25,170 nt of DNA from Oligoflexia bacterium (GCA_043732305.1 JAYTHU010000197.1:1-25170); one strand, 5' to 3'; positions 7,647-17,282 are shown, counted from the stretch's first letter. The notes: generated from the sequence alone by a model not told the origin. A program made the numbers and translations.

Positions 7647-8855
7647 ATGGAAAATGAAGCACAAACGCCAGCAGAATCTCAACCAAAAGCCAAACCTCAA
7701 CTCCGAAAAGAGTTTCTAGATTATCACGCGGTGGGCATGGTCAAACGTTTACAAAAAGCCGGACACCTCGCATATCTCGTTGGCGGTTGCGTGCGCGATC
7801 TTCTGGTTGAACAAGTTCCTAAAGATTTTGATATCGGCACCAGCGCCCTTCCAAAAGAAGTCAAAAAACTTTTGAGTTTTGCTTTCATCATTGGAAAACG
7901 TTTTCGCTTAGTACTCGTAAAACGAGATGACCGTCAATACGAAGTGGCTACATTCAGACGCGAACCGGACAAAGAAGAATTTCCCGAAGGCATTCCTTTC
8001 GGAGATAATATTTTTGGCACCCCCGAACAGGACGCCTTCAGAAGAGATTTTACCTGCAATGCAATTTTCTATGATCCTGTAAAAGATGAGCTCATTGATT
8101 ATGTCGATGGATTAAAAGATATAGACGCTCACATTATTCGCATGATCGGTGACCCGCAAACTCGCTTGGCCGAAGATCCTATCCGAATGTTAAGGGCGCT
8201 TAGATTCTCGCATAAATTGCATTTCAAAATTGAATCTGAGCTCCGACAAAAAATGCAAGAACACGCAGAAACTTTAAAACTCTCCGCCCTTCCACGTCGG
8301 CGCGAAGAATATTTAAAACTTTTAAGGTTGCACGATCCCGTAGCAGTTTTCAGGGAAGGCTATGATCTGGATTTGTGGAAAAACACTTTGCCCGATCTTC
8401 ATCGCATTTACGAAAAAGATGAGCATCTCGATATCTTCGAAGAAAAATTAGGCCGCCTAGAATCACGACTTTATAATCCTCAGGACAACGCCCTTTTGGC
8501 TGGTGCATTCATTTTGGCACAGCAAAGATCATTAGAAAAAAACTGGTCGCAGGCTCATGACGTTTTATCTTTTACCAATGCCGATGCTGAGAAGATCGAT
8601 GAGTTTGCAAAAAAAGATCTTGGTCTCTTCAACTGGGAATGGGATCGAATACATAAAGCGATGGCCCTTCAGCGCACGCTGGCTGAGCCTGATGTTTATA
8701 TGAAAAAGGGTCAGCGACGCCGTGAAGGCCTTCTTTTCAGCGAGGCATTTCCGTTGGCTGTCGACCTGGCATTTATAGACGCTGTTTTAGCACCCGATGT
8801 TTTGGAGTTTTGGGACACCCAACTCGCTTTAACTGAAGGCCGATACGCTAAATAA
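7647..8855 (+). CDS. pcnB: Poly(A) polymerase I (class II nucleotidyltransferase); start revised from 7446 to ATG 7647
   Basis: LVGGCVRD..KDFDI, the PAP-specific IIGKRFRLVLV motif, EVATFR, DAFRRDFTCNA and EDPIRMLRALRF. The longer ORF overlaps the divergent esterase. Confidence 0.9.
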   Translation: MENEAQTPAESQPKAKPQLRKEFLDYHAVGMVKRLQKAGHLAYLVGGCVRDLLVEQVPKDFDIGTSALPKEVKKLLSFAFIIGKRFRLVLVKRDDRQYEVATFRREPDKEEFPEGIPFGDNIFGTPEQDAFRRDFTCNAIFYDPVKDELIDYVDGLKDIDAHIIRMIGDPQTRLAEDPIRMLRALRFSHKLHFKIESELRQKMQEHAETLKLSALPRRREEYLKLLRLHDPVAVFREGYDLDLWKNTLPDLHRIYEKDEHLDIFEEKLGRLESRLYNPQDNALLAGAFILAQQRSLEKNWSQAHDVLSFTNADAEKIDEFAKKDLGLFNWEWDRIHKAMALQRTLAEPDVYMKKGQRRREGLLFSEAFPLAVDLAFIDAVLAPDVLEFWDTQLALTEGRYAK

Positions 8856-8883
8856 TCCTCACATGTAGCTAAAATGACGCGAC

Positions 8884-8913
8884 TTGACTGATCCCCGCTT
8901 TCTCTGGTAGGTT
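8884..8913 (+). promoter_or_regulatory. Putative sigma70 promoter for tatA
   Basis: TTGACT-N18-TAGGTT with an extended TG. GAGGAG RBS before ATG 8962. Confidence 0.4.
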
Positions 8914-8961
8914 CAGCTGAAATTCAGAGATTAAAGCGGTCTTTGACCGAGGAGTTTTTAA

Positions 8962-9159
8962 ATGGGTGAATTCAGTATTTGGCATTTGTTGATCGTTTTG
9001 GTCATCGTTCTTATTTTCTTCGGACCGAATCGACTTCCCAATCTTGGAAATTCTCTTGGCAAAGCCATCCGCGGCTTTAAAGACGGCGTCAAAGATCTCG
9101 AGCGCTCGGCCAACAATGATTCCACCGTCGACAAAAAAGACGAAATCAAAAAATCCTAA
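8962..9159 (+). CDS. tatA: Twin-arginine translocase TatA/E subunit
   Basis: [38 protein letters not shown] helix, FG hinge and amphipathic helix. Confidence 0.96.
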   Translation: MGEFSIWHLLIVLVIVLIFFGPNRLPNLGNSLGKAIRGFKDGVKDLERSANNDSTVDKKDEIKKS

Positions 9160-9162
9160 GTT

Positions 9163-10110
9163 CTACGAATTTAATACCGACTTCATGCTGCGGGCAAGTC
9201 CCGTGGCATCGAGTGCGAACTTCAAATAAAGTTCTTCGGGTGTTCCACTTTCACCGTAAGTGTCTTGGATACCGAGGCGAGTGAGAACAACAGGCTTTCC
9301 AAGCTCCGCTAAAACTTCTGCCACTGCGGAACCAAGTCCACCAATCACATTGTGATCTTCAGCTGTGAATATATTTTTAACTTTGCCAGCCCATTTTTGA
9401 ATTATTTCAACATCTAAAGGTTTGATGGTGTGGATGTTGACCACTCCAATAGACATTCCTTCTTTGGATAATGCTTTGGCAGCTTCCAAGGCATTCGCAA
9501 CAGTTCCACCACTAGCGAAAACCACAGCATCTTTGCCATCTAACAATTCAACACCGCGACCAAATTGAAATTTGTAATCTGCGGCATTCACAGGAGCTAG
9601 GTTTTGCCGAGTGAGACGCAAATAAACGGGACCGACATGAATGTTAGAAAGATATTTTACCATCTGCTTTGTTTCGACTTCATCAGCTGGTTGCATAACG
9701 GCCATTCCAGGCAACGTGCGCATGCAGCCGACATCTTCTAAAGCCATTTGCGAGTATCCGTCTTCACCAACAGCAATTCCGGAGTGAGTTCCTACCAAGC
9801 GCACATTGGCTTGACTGTAACCTACTGAAACACGAATCGTATCAAAACGGCCGGTCAAGAAAGCTCCAAAGGAACAGAGGTAAGGAATTTTTCCGGTAAA
9901 TGATAATCCTGCAGCCACACCAATCATGTTTGCTTCAGAAATTCCCATTTGAAAAAATCTTTCAGGAATTTTTTTAGAAAACCCCTCTGATTTTGTGCTT
10001 TTGCTCAAATCGGCATCCAGTACAACGACATTTTTATTTTCTAGTCCGGCTTCGATTAAAGCTTCACCGAAACTCGCACGAGTGGCTTTAGGTTTCAAAA
10101 CTTCGCTCAT
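9163..10110 (-). CDS. tkt: Transketolase, C-terminal (pyrimidine-binding) subunit
   Basis: LDADLSKST, GISEANMIGVAAG, GEDGYSQ, GPVYLRL, IKPLD and EDH..GGLGS. Overlaps the N-subunit stop (ATGA). Confidence 0.93.
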   Translation of the reverse strand: MSEVLKPKATRASFGEALIEAGLENKNVVVLDADLSKSTKSEGFSKKIPERFFQMGISEANMIGVAAGLSFTGKIPYLCSFGAFLTGRFDTIRVSVGYSQANVRLVGTHSGIAVGEDGYSQMALEDVGCMRTLPGMAVMQPADEVETKQMVKYLSNIHVGPVYLRLTRQNLAPVNAADYKFQFGRGVELLDGKDAVVFASGGTVANALEAAKALSKEGMSIGVVNIHTIKPLDVEIIQKWAGKVKNIFTAEDHNVIGGLGSAVAEVLAELGKPVVLTRLGIQDTYGESGTPEELYLKFALDATGLARSMKSVLNS

Positions 10111-10934
10111 AAGCTCACCCCATCTAATTCTTTAAGTGCTTTTGTTAACTCTTCGCCGCTAGGAGCAACGCCGTGCCAGTGATTCACATTTTCCATGAAG
10201 CTGACACCTTTGCCTTTGATCGTGTGAGCACGAATGAAAGTGGGCTTGGATGTTTCAGCTTTTGCGGTTTTGAGTGCGCCCAATATCTCTGTCATATTGT
10301 GACCGTCGATTTCGAGAGTGTTAAAGCCGAATGCTTTCCACTTGTCCATGATGGGTTCTAGACTCATGACATCTTTGACTGCCCCATCAATTTGAAAACG
10401 ATTTTCGTCCAAAATGATGACAAGGTTTGTCAGATTGTATTTTGCAATCGAAAGGGCTGCTTCCCAAATTTGTCCTTCTTGAGACTCTCCGTCACCGATC
10501 AGACAATACACTCGGGATTTTCTTCCATCCATGCGAGCGGCCATAGCATAACCCTGAGCAATGGATAAACCTTGTCCCAATGAACCTGTGCTGGCCTCCA
10601 TAGCGTCTAATCTCACGCGATCCGGATGTCCCTGCATGCGAGAACCGAGTTTCCTCAAAGTCATTGTTTCTGCCACTTCAAAATATCCTGCTTGTGCGAG
10701 GGTTGCATAAAGAGCGGGAACCCCGTGTCCTTTACTCAAAACAAAATGATCTCTATCAACCCATTTAGGATTTTTTGGATCGTGTTTCATTTCGCTGAAA
10801 TAAAGTGCAGTGATGATATCAATCGCCGAAAGACTCCCTCCAGGGTGTCCATTGCCGGCTTCGGCAATCATTTTAAGAATAATTTTACGGCTATCGTTAG
10901 CAATTTTTGAGAGGTTCTGATTGATTTTTTCCAT
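10107..10934 (-). CDS. tkt: Transketolase, N-terminal (TPP-binding) subunit; start probably ATG 10934
   Basis: GHPGGSLS, DRDHFVLSKGH, QGHP, TGSLGQG, GDGE..EG..WEA and GKGVSFME. Confidence 0.94.
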   Translation of the reverse strand: MEKINQNLSKIANDSRKIILKMIAEAGNGHPGGSLSAIDIITALYFSEMKHDPKNPKWVDRDHFVLSKGHGVPALYATLAQAGYFEVAETMTLRKLGSRMQGHPDRVRLDAMEASTGSLGQGLSIAQGYAMAARMDGRKSRVYCLIGDGESQEGQIWEAALSIAKYNLTNLVIILDENRFQIDGAVKDVMSLEPIMDKWKAFGFNTLEIDGHNMTEILGALKTAKAETSKPTFIRAHTIKGKGVSFMENVNHWHGVAPSGEELTKALKELDGVSL

Positions 10935-10958
10935 GGCGTATTTATGCTCTAACCTGGC

Positions 10959-10987
10959 TTGCAAGGTCAATGGATTTCCCATAAACT
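10959..10987 (+). promoter_or_regulatory. Sigma70 promoter for adenosine deaminase
   Basis: TTGCAA (10959-10964)-N17-TAAACT (10982-10987), with an AAGGA RBS before ATG 11006. Confidence 0.55.
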
Positions 10988-11005
10988 TAGAGTAAAGGAC
11001 AATCT

Positions 11006-12031
11006 ATGACCGCAGCTCCCTCCAAATGGCGAAATTTTAAAAAAACTGAACTTCATCGACACCTCGAAGGAGCGATTCGACTGGAGACAATCGTAGAAAT
11101 CGCCCAAGAGGCTGGGGTCAATCTGCCAACTCAGAGTCTAGAAGAGTTAAAGAGTCACGCTCTTGTTTTGACTCCAATGAAAGATCTGAGTTCGGTGCTT
11201 GCTAAATTTTGGTTGATACAATCCTGCCTTGCCACGGAGAAAATTCTAGAACGGATCACTTACGAGAATTGTGTCGATGCCTATCACGATGGAATTCGAG
11301 TCTTAGAGCTTCGATACTCACCAGGGTTCATCAATACCAACCATCCAAATTTAACTTACGAATCTATTCACCGCGCTATTTTAAAAGGTGCTAGCAGAGC
11401 AAGAATAGAATTCACAGATTTGTTAGTAGGATTCATCTGTATCATTAGTCGTGATCTCTCCACACGCGATGCGGAAATGACTATGGATTTTGCCATCGAC
11501 AATAAAAAAACTTTTATCGGCTTTGATTTAGCTGGAGATGAAGTTGGTTTTGAGAGTACCAAATTTACTAAATATTTTAAAAAAGTAGCAGCTGCAGGAT
11601 TAGGAATTACCGTTCACAGTGGAGAGGCTTTTGTCCTCGACGCCGCCAAGTTTGTGCGAGAGAGCATTGAACACCTAGGTGCCACGCGCATTGGACATGG
11701 ACTGCAAATCATTCATGATAAAAAAGTAATGGATTTTGTCAGAAAAGAAAATGTGCTTTTAGAAATTTGTCCGACGAGCAATTACCTCACTCAGGCTATT
11801 ATTCGACTAGAAGATCATCCAATTAGAAAACTAATGGATCACGGAGTGAAGATTTGTTTGAATTCAGATGATCCCCATCTTTTTGGAATCGATCTCACAA
11901 ACGAATATGAACTTTTAGAACGCACGCATGGATTTGGAAAATCTGAATTCGATGAAATGAATAAGAATGCTTTGGAGTTTACATTTCTAGACAAAGAAAA
12001 AGCAAAAGCGGCCATGGTGGATAAAAACTAG
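11006..12031 (+). CDS. add: Adenosine deaminase family metallohydrolase
   Basis: ELHRHLEG, ELRYSP, GFDLAGDE, TVHSGE, RIGHG, CPTSN and NSDDP. Confidence 0.94.
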   Translation: MTAAPSKWRNFKKTELHRHLEGAIRLETIVEIAQEAGVNLPTQSLEELKSHALVLTPMKDLSSVLAKFWLIQSCLATEKILERITYENCVDAYHDGIRVLELRYSPGFINTNHPNLTYESIHRAILKGASRARIEFTDLLVGFICIISRDLSTRDAEMTMDFAIDNKKTFIGFDLAGDEVGFESTKFTKYFKKVAAAGLGITVHSGEAFVLDAAKFVRESIEHLGATRIGHGLQIIHDKKVMDFVRKENVLLEICPTSNYLTQAIIRLEDHPIRKLMDHGVKICLNSDDPHLFGIDLTNEYELLERTHGFGKSEFDEMNKNALEFTFLDKEKAKAAMVDKN

Positions 12032-12037
12032 ATTTTG

Positions 12038-12691
12038 TCAGCGGCGTTTTTCCCAACCAGGTTTTAAAGGACGATGAATTTCTGCCGTCAATTGCAAATC
12101 TTCCTGACCGCCTTCGATAAGTTTAAAAAGATCAGCAGCCTTTTGCTTCACGGGCTCAAGCCAAGCGGGAAATGTAGCTTCTTTTAGAAAAACAGGACTA
12201 CGGTCATGTCCCTTTTCGTCTACAAAAGGCAGTGGTTTGCTGGTGAGAATTGCAAATGAGGAGAGCACCTCACCGGTATTCTTATCCACCCACTCGTCAT
12301 AAATCCCGGCTGCCGAAAGCAGAGGTTTCTGTTTATCAAAAAACTTCACCATATTGCCCGCAAAATCTTTGACGTAAATAGGCTCTACAAAACTAGAAAT
12401 TGGAACCAAACATCTCTTAGATTCAAAAGGCATTCGCCAAGTGGGCTTTTCAGTCACGGTTTCCAGTCTGGCGTTATGAGTGGCAAATTTAACTTTAGGC
12501 TCCTGACTCCAACTGGGCACGAGACTGAAGCGCATCATTTTAATTTTGTTGGCTTCGCCATCATTAACAATGACCGGTGCGAGCCGATAAGGAACAACGA
12601 GATCTTCAAACCCGCCATCTACAGGAACTTTAATTCCGTAAAGTCGGGAGAGTTCTTCGAGTTTAGCTTTGATTAAATATTGGGCGCACAT
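12038..12691 (-). CDS. SOS response-associated peptidase (SRAP; YedK/HMCES abasic-site crosslinking family)
   Basis: N-terminal M-C (catalytic Cys2), LVPSW, HNARLET, RCLVP..F.E, AGIYD.W and HDRSPV. Confidence 0.93.
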   Translation of the reverse strand: MCAQYLIKAKLEELSRLYGIKVPVDGGFEDLVVPYRLAPVIVNDGEANKIKMMRFSLVPSWSQEPKVKFATHNARLETVTEKPTWRMPFESKRCLVPISSFVEPIYVKDFAGNMVKFFDKQKPLLSAAGIYDEWVDKNTGEVLSSFAILTSKPLPFVDEKGHDRSPVFLKEATFPAWLEPVKQKAADLFKLIEGGQEDLQLTAEIHRPLKPGWEKRR

Positions 12692-13860
12692 TCGATCACT
12701 TCTTTATAAAAATCCACGTGTCTACGGGCGGTCTCAGGTATAGAGAACTTTTCCGCATAGCGCAAGGCAGCGACTTCTAATACCTCTCGCTTTTTCGCAT
12801 TCAGCAAAAGATCATCAATGTGAAATGCGGCATCCGCATCATCACCTGCTTTAAAGAAATCCAAACAACCAGGCTCTCTCTCAGAAAGCTCTTTATTGAC
12901 TTGCAAATCAGAAGTGAGAATTGCCTTTCCGCGTGCGAAAGCTTGAACAAGGGACCCGGATCCCCAAGTTTCACGAAACGGTGCGAGAACAATCGTTGCA
13001 CGTTGGTAATAAGAATTTATTTTTTCTTCAGGAGCAAAACCTTCAAGCAGCACTTTATCTTGAAGATTAAGGGACTCGATTAAATTTCTACAATGCTTGT
13101 AATATCTTTCATCCGATTTATGTCTCACGCCGCCAGCAAGAATCAAGCGTGCGGGAGTTTTTACTTTGGCGAAAGCTTTGATCGCCAAATCCTGTCCTTT
13201 TTCGACAGAAATATAACCAAAAACTAAAATCTCGGGTAGGTCTCCAACCTTTTTTTGAGGGGAAATTTCGCTGCTCACAATCACATCCGGAACAAAATGC
13301 GCGATTTCGGAAACTTTGGAGCAATATTTTTCTACCACTTCTTTTTGATATTTAGAATGAACGATGATGCCGTCCAAATTTCCCCAGGTTTTCTTAAGCC
13401 AAAGACTTCTGATCATTGGAAGAAGAACTTGGTTAGCGATGATACGGATGGGAATTTGAACCCCTCTTTTCATTCGCGGAAATTTATAATCTGGATTTAG
13501 TACGGTGTGAGCAGTAAGAACAATTTTCGCATTCGGAACAGCTGCTCTCACTTGCGCCAACCATTTTGGGAATATATAAAGCTTGGGAACTTTCCGGCCA
13601 AAAAGTTTGAACTCATGCTGAACGTGAATTAAATCTGGCTGAAGCTCTTCAAGTTTAGCGGGAAGCACAAAGAGATCTCGGGTCGCCACAGAAACATGAC
13701 CGAGAACTTCATATCCTGCTTTCTCGGATTGTAAACTCACTTCCGAAAAAAGCATTTGAGAATAGGTTTGAATTCCCCCTTCGAGTTCTGGAACAATCCA
13801 AACTATTTTTTTTGCCACGCCAGAGCGATTTTCAAATGATGTTTCTTTATTATTTTCCAC
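12673..13860 (-). CDS. Glycosyltransferase family 4 (GT-B)
   Basis: GGIQTY, PDLIHVQHE, TAH, FGYI...KG.D, P...SGSL..A.A.GK and ILTSD. Confidence 0.9.
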   Translation of the reverse strand: MENNKETSFENRSGVAKKIVWIVPELEGGIQTYSQMLFSEVSLQSEKAGYEVLGHVSVATRDLFVLPAKLEELQPDLIHVQHEFKLFGRKVPKLYIFPKWLAQVRAAVPNAKIVLTAHTVLNPDYKFPRMKRGVQIPIRIIANQVLLPMIRSLWLKKTWGNLDGIIVHSKYQKEVVEKYCSKVSEIAHFVPDVIVSSEISPQKKVGDLPEILVFGYISVEKGQDLAIKAFAKVKTPARLILAGGVRHKSDERYYKHCRNLIESLNLQDKVLLEGFAPEEKINSYYQRATIVLAPFRETWGSGSLVQAFARGKAILTSDLQVNKELSEREPGCLDFFKAGDDADAAFHIDDLLLNAKKREVLEVAALRYAEKFSIPETARRHVDFYKEVIECAPNI

Positions 13861-14034
13861 CCCTCACACATAGCTTGCACCACTCGTAAGTGTCAATTAA
13901 TCCTTCCAGACGAAGTTTCATGCTTAGCCACCTAAACAATAGTTAGGAACGCCCCTCTTACTAACCAAATTTCATTTTTAGTAAGCATGCAGCAGCCAGG
14001 CAGACAAAAAAATTTCTGCTAAGTCTTTATGACA

Positions 14035-14310
14035 TTAATTTTTTCGGATTTTTGCAATGCCCACTTCTAGTTCTTTGATCGCGGATTCAACTTCTTCTAC
14101 TCGGAGCCCGCATGTTTTTGCAGCAGCTGCCAAACTAGAAGGTCCGGACATCACCAGATGTTTGGCGTAAATGTGCGCCGATGGAGTGAGTCCATCTAAA
14201 AGTCGACGCATGTCGATTCGAGTCTCAGGACGCTTGCTGAATTTTTCCAAGGTTTCAAGAATATGAATTTCGCTGAGCTCGCCATCTTTTGCTTCTCTAA
14301 TTTTTTTCAA
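14035..14310 (-). CDS. Small hypothetical protein with a possible C-terminal helix-turn-helix; start revised to TTG 14310
   Basis: AGGAGG RBS and TTG overlapping the DTW stop (TTGA). C-terminal SLAAAAKTCGLRVEEVESAIKELE is HTH-like. Confidence 0.7.
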   Translation of the reverse strand: MKKIREAKDGELSEIHILETLEKFSKRPETRIDMRRLLDGLTPSAHIYAKHLVMSGPSSLAAAAKTCGLRVEEVESAIKELEVGIAKIRKN

Positions 14311-14975
14311 ACCATGGCCTCCTTGGGAATTCCGCCAACACATTCGGCAGCGGTGATTTTTGCTCTCGACCACAGAGTTCGTTCAACTTTAAGTCTAAAT
14401 GCGGCTTCCATTTTTTCTTGAACTTCCGGACCTTCGATCACGCCAATCGCTCGAGCTATGGCTTCAAACGTGGCAAGACCTTCTGCTCTAGTTTCTAGAC
14501 GTAGTTTATACTCCGTTGGCCTTTCAACAGAAACTTTTACGCGAGGTAACGGACGCAGCACTATTTCTCGATTTGGAACGCGAGCCGCTTGGCGCCAGTT
14601 TCCATCAGGAACAATAAGAGTGATGGGCTTAGTGTATTTTTTCAGAACTTCAGGAGTCAATTCGACAGCATCAATAGTTGGGAACAACAAAAGAGTTTGC
14701 CGCTCCGGTTCAATAAGCCCTTCAGAGCTCATGATATTACCTTTGAGGCCGCGCACTCGGAGCTCACTGTTTTTTAACATCAGATGAGCAAGACTTCCCG
14801 TGTTGGACGGACGCTTGGTTTCACGATGATGGATTAAAATTATGACTTTTGTTTTCAAATCAAATCGCGGGATGAGTTCACAAATGCATAGGACTTGCCT
14901 GAATTTGCAAGCCATGCATTTGGGAGTTTTTCGATCGGTGAAAGTAATTCGTGCCATAAGGCGCGAGTAGAGCAT
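14307..14975 (-). CDS. tapT: DTW-domain tRNA-uridine aminocarboxypropyltransferase (TapT-like); alternative start 14957
   Basis: CMAC.....CIC Zn knuckle, H..E...SNTG, LLLFP, LIVPDGNWRQA and LATFEAIA. Confidence 0.88.
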   Translation of the reverse strand: MLYSRLMARITFTDRKTPKCMACKFRQVLCICELIPRFDLKTKVIILIHHRETKRPSNTGSLAHLMLKNSELRVRGLKGNIMSSEGLIEPERQTLLLFPTIDAVELTPEVLKKYTKPITLIVPDGNWRQAARVPNREIVLRPLPRVKVSVERPTEYKLRLETRAEGLATFEAIARAIGVIEGPEVQEKMEAAFRLKVERTLWSRAKITAAECVGGIPKEAMV

Positions 14976-15163
14976 TTTCAGCCAAAAATTGCCATCAAGG
15001 ACTACTCATGGGGGCAGTCTGGCCGTTGTTAATATACTGGGGAGCCATTGGATTGTTAGGGTTGGCGTTTGAGGAGTAGGTATGGTCTGGGAAAAAGCGT
15101 AAGCGGAAATGCCGCGATCTCAACCGGGGCAAATTTCCACGTTATTCTAATTTTCGGGGATGA

Positions 15164-15192
15164 TTGACGTGCTCTCACCCAAGCCCTAGAAT
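15164..15192 (+). promoter_or_regulatory. Sigma70 promoter for the SF1 helicase
   Basis: TTGACG (15164-15169)-N17-TAGAAT (15187-15192), near consensus. Confidence 0.7.
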
Positions 15193-15227
15193 TGCGAGAT
15201 TCCACACAAGCAACATCGGAGAATCAT

Positions 15228-17270
15228 TTGTCCAAAGCATTTTGGATCGAAAATCTGAACCCAGAACAACAAGAAGCGGCCCTCCACGATCACGGACCCA
15301 TGCTAATTTTAGCTGGAGCGGGATCTGGGAAAACCACCGTTCTTGTTTCCCGCACTGGACGATTGATCGATGAGAAAGTAGCTGATGCAAAAAAGATTTG
15401 CGTTCTCACTTTCACTAACAAAGCCGCCATGGAACTTAAACACCGGGTGACTTTAAAACTCGGGCCAACCGGTAAAAATGTTTGGGGCGGAACGTTTCAC
15501 TCTTTTGGCTTACAGATCCTGAAGCAGTTTTACAAAGAAGCCAAACTTCCCAAAGGCTTTGGAATCATGGATCAGAGCGATAGCCAAGCACTTGTCAAAG
15601 AGTTACTCAAAGATTTCAAAATGGCCGAAAAAGAAGATTTTGATTCTGGGAAGCTTTTATTTTTGATGAGTGATTGGCGGTCCAAAGGTTTTGTCACCGC
15701 TGATAATGAAGACCCGTACACCACCGCTGCCACTTGGGTGATGCCTCGCTACGAAAAACGTCTTCACCATTTTGGTGTGGTCGATTTCGATGGTTTGCTT
15801 CTCCGACCGCTCGAAATATTTAAAAATCATCCGGATATTAAAGAACGAATTCAAAATGCTTTCACGCAAATCATGGTGGACGAATTTCAGGACACCAACA
15901 AAACGCAACTTCAATTGGTTATGGAACTCGCGGAAGTTCACAAAAACGTGACAGTGGTTGGTGATGATGACCAGTCCATTTATGGATGGCGTGGAGCCTG
16001 CATCGATAATATTTTGAAATTTCCGAAATTATATGACACTTGCAAAGTTGTTCGTTTAGAAAGAAATTATCGCTCGACATCAGCTATTCTCAATTTAGCA
16101 AATGCCGTCATTATTAAAAATGAAAAACGTCACGGAAAAACTTTAAAGGCGTTAGTCAAAAGCCAACTAGACATAGACGCGGAACTAAAACCGGAACTTT
16201 TCATTTATGAAAATGAAGACGACGAAGCTGAAAAAGTTGTTGATGATATCGAAAGCCAACTCAAGGAAGGTTTTAATTTCAAAGATGTAGCCATTTTGTT
16301 TAGATCAAATGGCCAGGGTGCACTGCTTGAAGCAGAACTGAAAAGGCGGCAGATCCCGCATAAAATGTCCGGCGGCACCGGTTTTTTTGATCGTAAAGAA
16401 ATCAAAGATATTTTAAGTTATCTCCGCTGCTCAATCAGGCCAAATGAAGTGGCCTTGCGAAGAATTATTAATACTCCAGCGCGTGGTCTCGGTGACGTCA
16501 CGATTGATCATCTCACCACCTTTTCAGATGAAAAGAAAATAAGCTTTTTTGATGCGATGGGAAAATGGAAAGATGCGGGTGTCAATGAAACCGCGGGCGA
16601 ATCCATGCAAACTTTTTTACTTCAGTTAAGTGAAATGGCCGATTACGTTTTAACCGGAACAACTTTACCCTCCGCGGGCCAACGTTTGACTGAGTATATG
16701 TTGAAGCTTGGTTACAAGCACCACATGGAAAAACTCTCCAAAAATCTGCAAGCCGCCGCTCAAAAATGGCGGCTTGTGGAAATTTTAGGAAACATTTTAG
16801 ATAAATTTATTTTGCGAGACGGAGCAAGTGTCAAAACGTTGAGGGACTTTGTTGATCTTATGCAGCTTCGAGATTTTGAAGATGATTCCGAAGAAAATAA
16901 AAACAGTGTTCAACTTCTGACTTTGCATGCATGCAAGGGACTAGAGTTTCAAATCGTTTATCTCATTGGCATTGAAGAAGAAATTCTTCCGCACCGCACT
17001 TTGGGAAGCGACATCAGTGAAGAGCGAAGACTCTTTTATGTTGGTGTGACCAGAGCGAGGCAGAAACTTATTTTGAGCCGTGCAAAAGAAAGAAAGAGAT
17101 TTGGAAAGCTTATCACCAGCGCTCCCTCGCGATTCTTATTGGAACTTCCGCCATCCACTTACACAGAATATCCCTTTGGTGGAAGACCTGTGTCTACCGA
17201 CCAAAGGGCGAGTATGCTTGCGGAACTTTATAAAAAAATTGACGCCAATCCTAATTCTCTAAAAAATTAA
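15228..17270 (+). CDS. Superfamily 1A DNA helicase (UvrD/Rep/PcrA family); start revised to TTG 15228
   Basis: LNPEQ, LAGAGSGKT, TFTNKAA, TFHS, VDEFQDTN, VGDDDQSIYGWRGA, LERNYRS, TLHACKGLEF and EERRLFYVGVTRA. A GGAG RBS precedes TTG 15228, while the track start at 15192 lies in the -10 box. Confidence 0.96.
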   Translation: MSKAFWIENLNPEQQEAALHDHGPMLILAGAGSGKTTVLVSRTGRLIDEKVADAKKICVLTFTNKAAMELKHRVTLKLGPTGKNVWGGTFHSFGLQILKQFYKEAKLPKGFGIMDQSDSQALVKELLKDFKMAEKEDFDSGKLLFLMSDWRSKGFVTADNEDPYTTAATWVMPRYEKRLHHFGVVDFDGLLLRPLEIFKNHPDIKERIQNAFTQIMVDEFQDTNKTQLQLVMELAEVHKNVTVVGDDDQSIYGWRGACIDNILKFPKLYDTCKVVRLERNYRSTSAILNLANAVIIKNEKRHGKTLKALVKSQLDIDAELKPELFIYENEDDEAEKVVDDIESQLKEGFNFKDVAILFRSNGQGALLEAELKRRQIPHKMSGGTGFFDRKEIKDILSYLRCSIRPNEVALRRIINTPARGLGDVTIDHLTTFSDEKKISFFDAMGKWKDAGVNETAGESMQTFLLQLSEMADYVLTGTTLPSAGQRLTEYMLKLGYKHHMEKLSKNLQAAAQKWRLVEILGNILDKFILRDGASVKTLRDFVDLMQLRDFEDDSEENKNSVQLLTLHACKGLEFQIVYLIGIEEEILPHRTLGSDISEERRLFYVGVTRARQKLILSRAKERKRFGKLITSAPSRFLLELPPSTYTEYPFGGRPVSTDQRASMLAELYKKIDANPNSLKN

Positions 17271-17282
17271 ACGCGTCTTAAA

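Noticed and set aside
9163..10934. Split transketolase as a frameshifted pseudogene
   Set aside because: Two-subunit transketolases are well known, and the ATGA coupling and intact motifs indicate functional genes.
11006..17270. Adenosine deaminase + helicase + SRAP as a RADAR-like or other defence system
   Set aside because: The deaminase is a standard ~340-aa ADA and the helicase a standard UvrD/Rep. They are separated, have their own promoters, and no RdrA-type ATPase is present.
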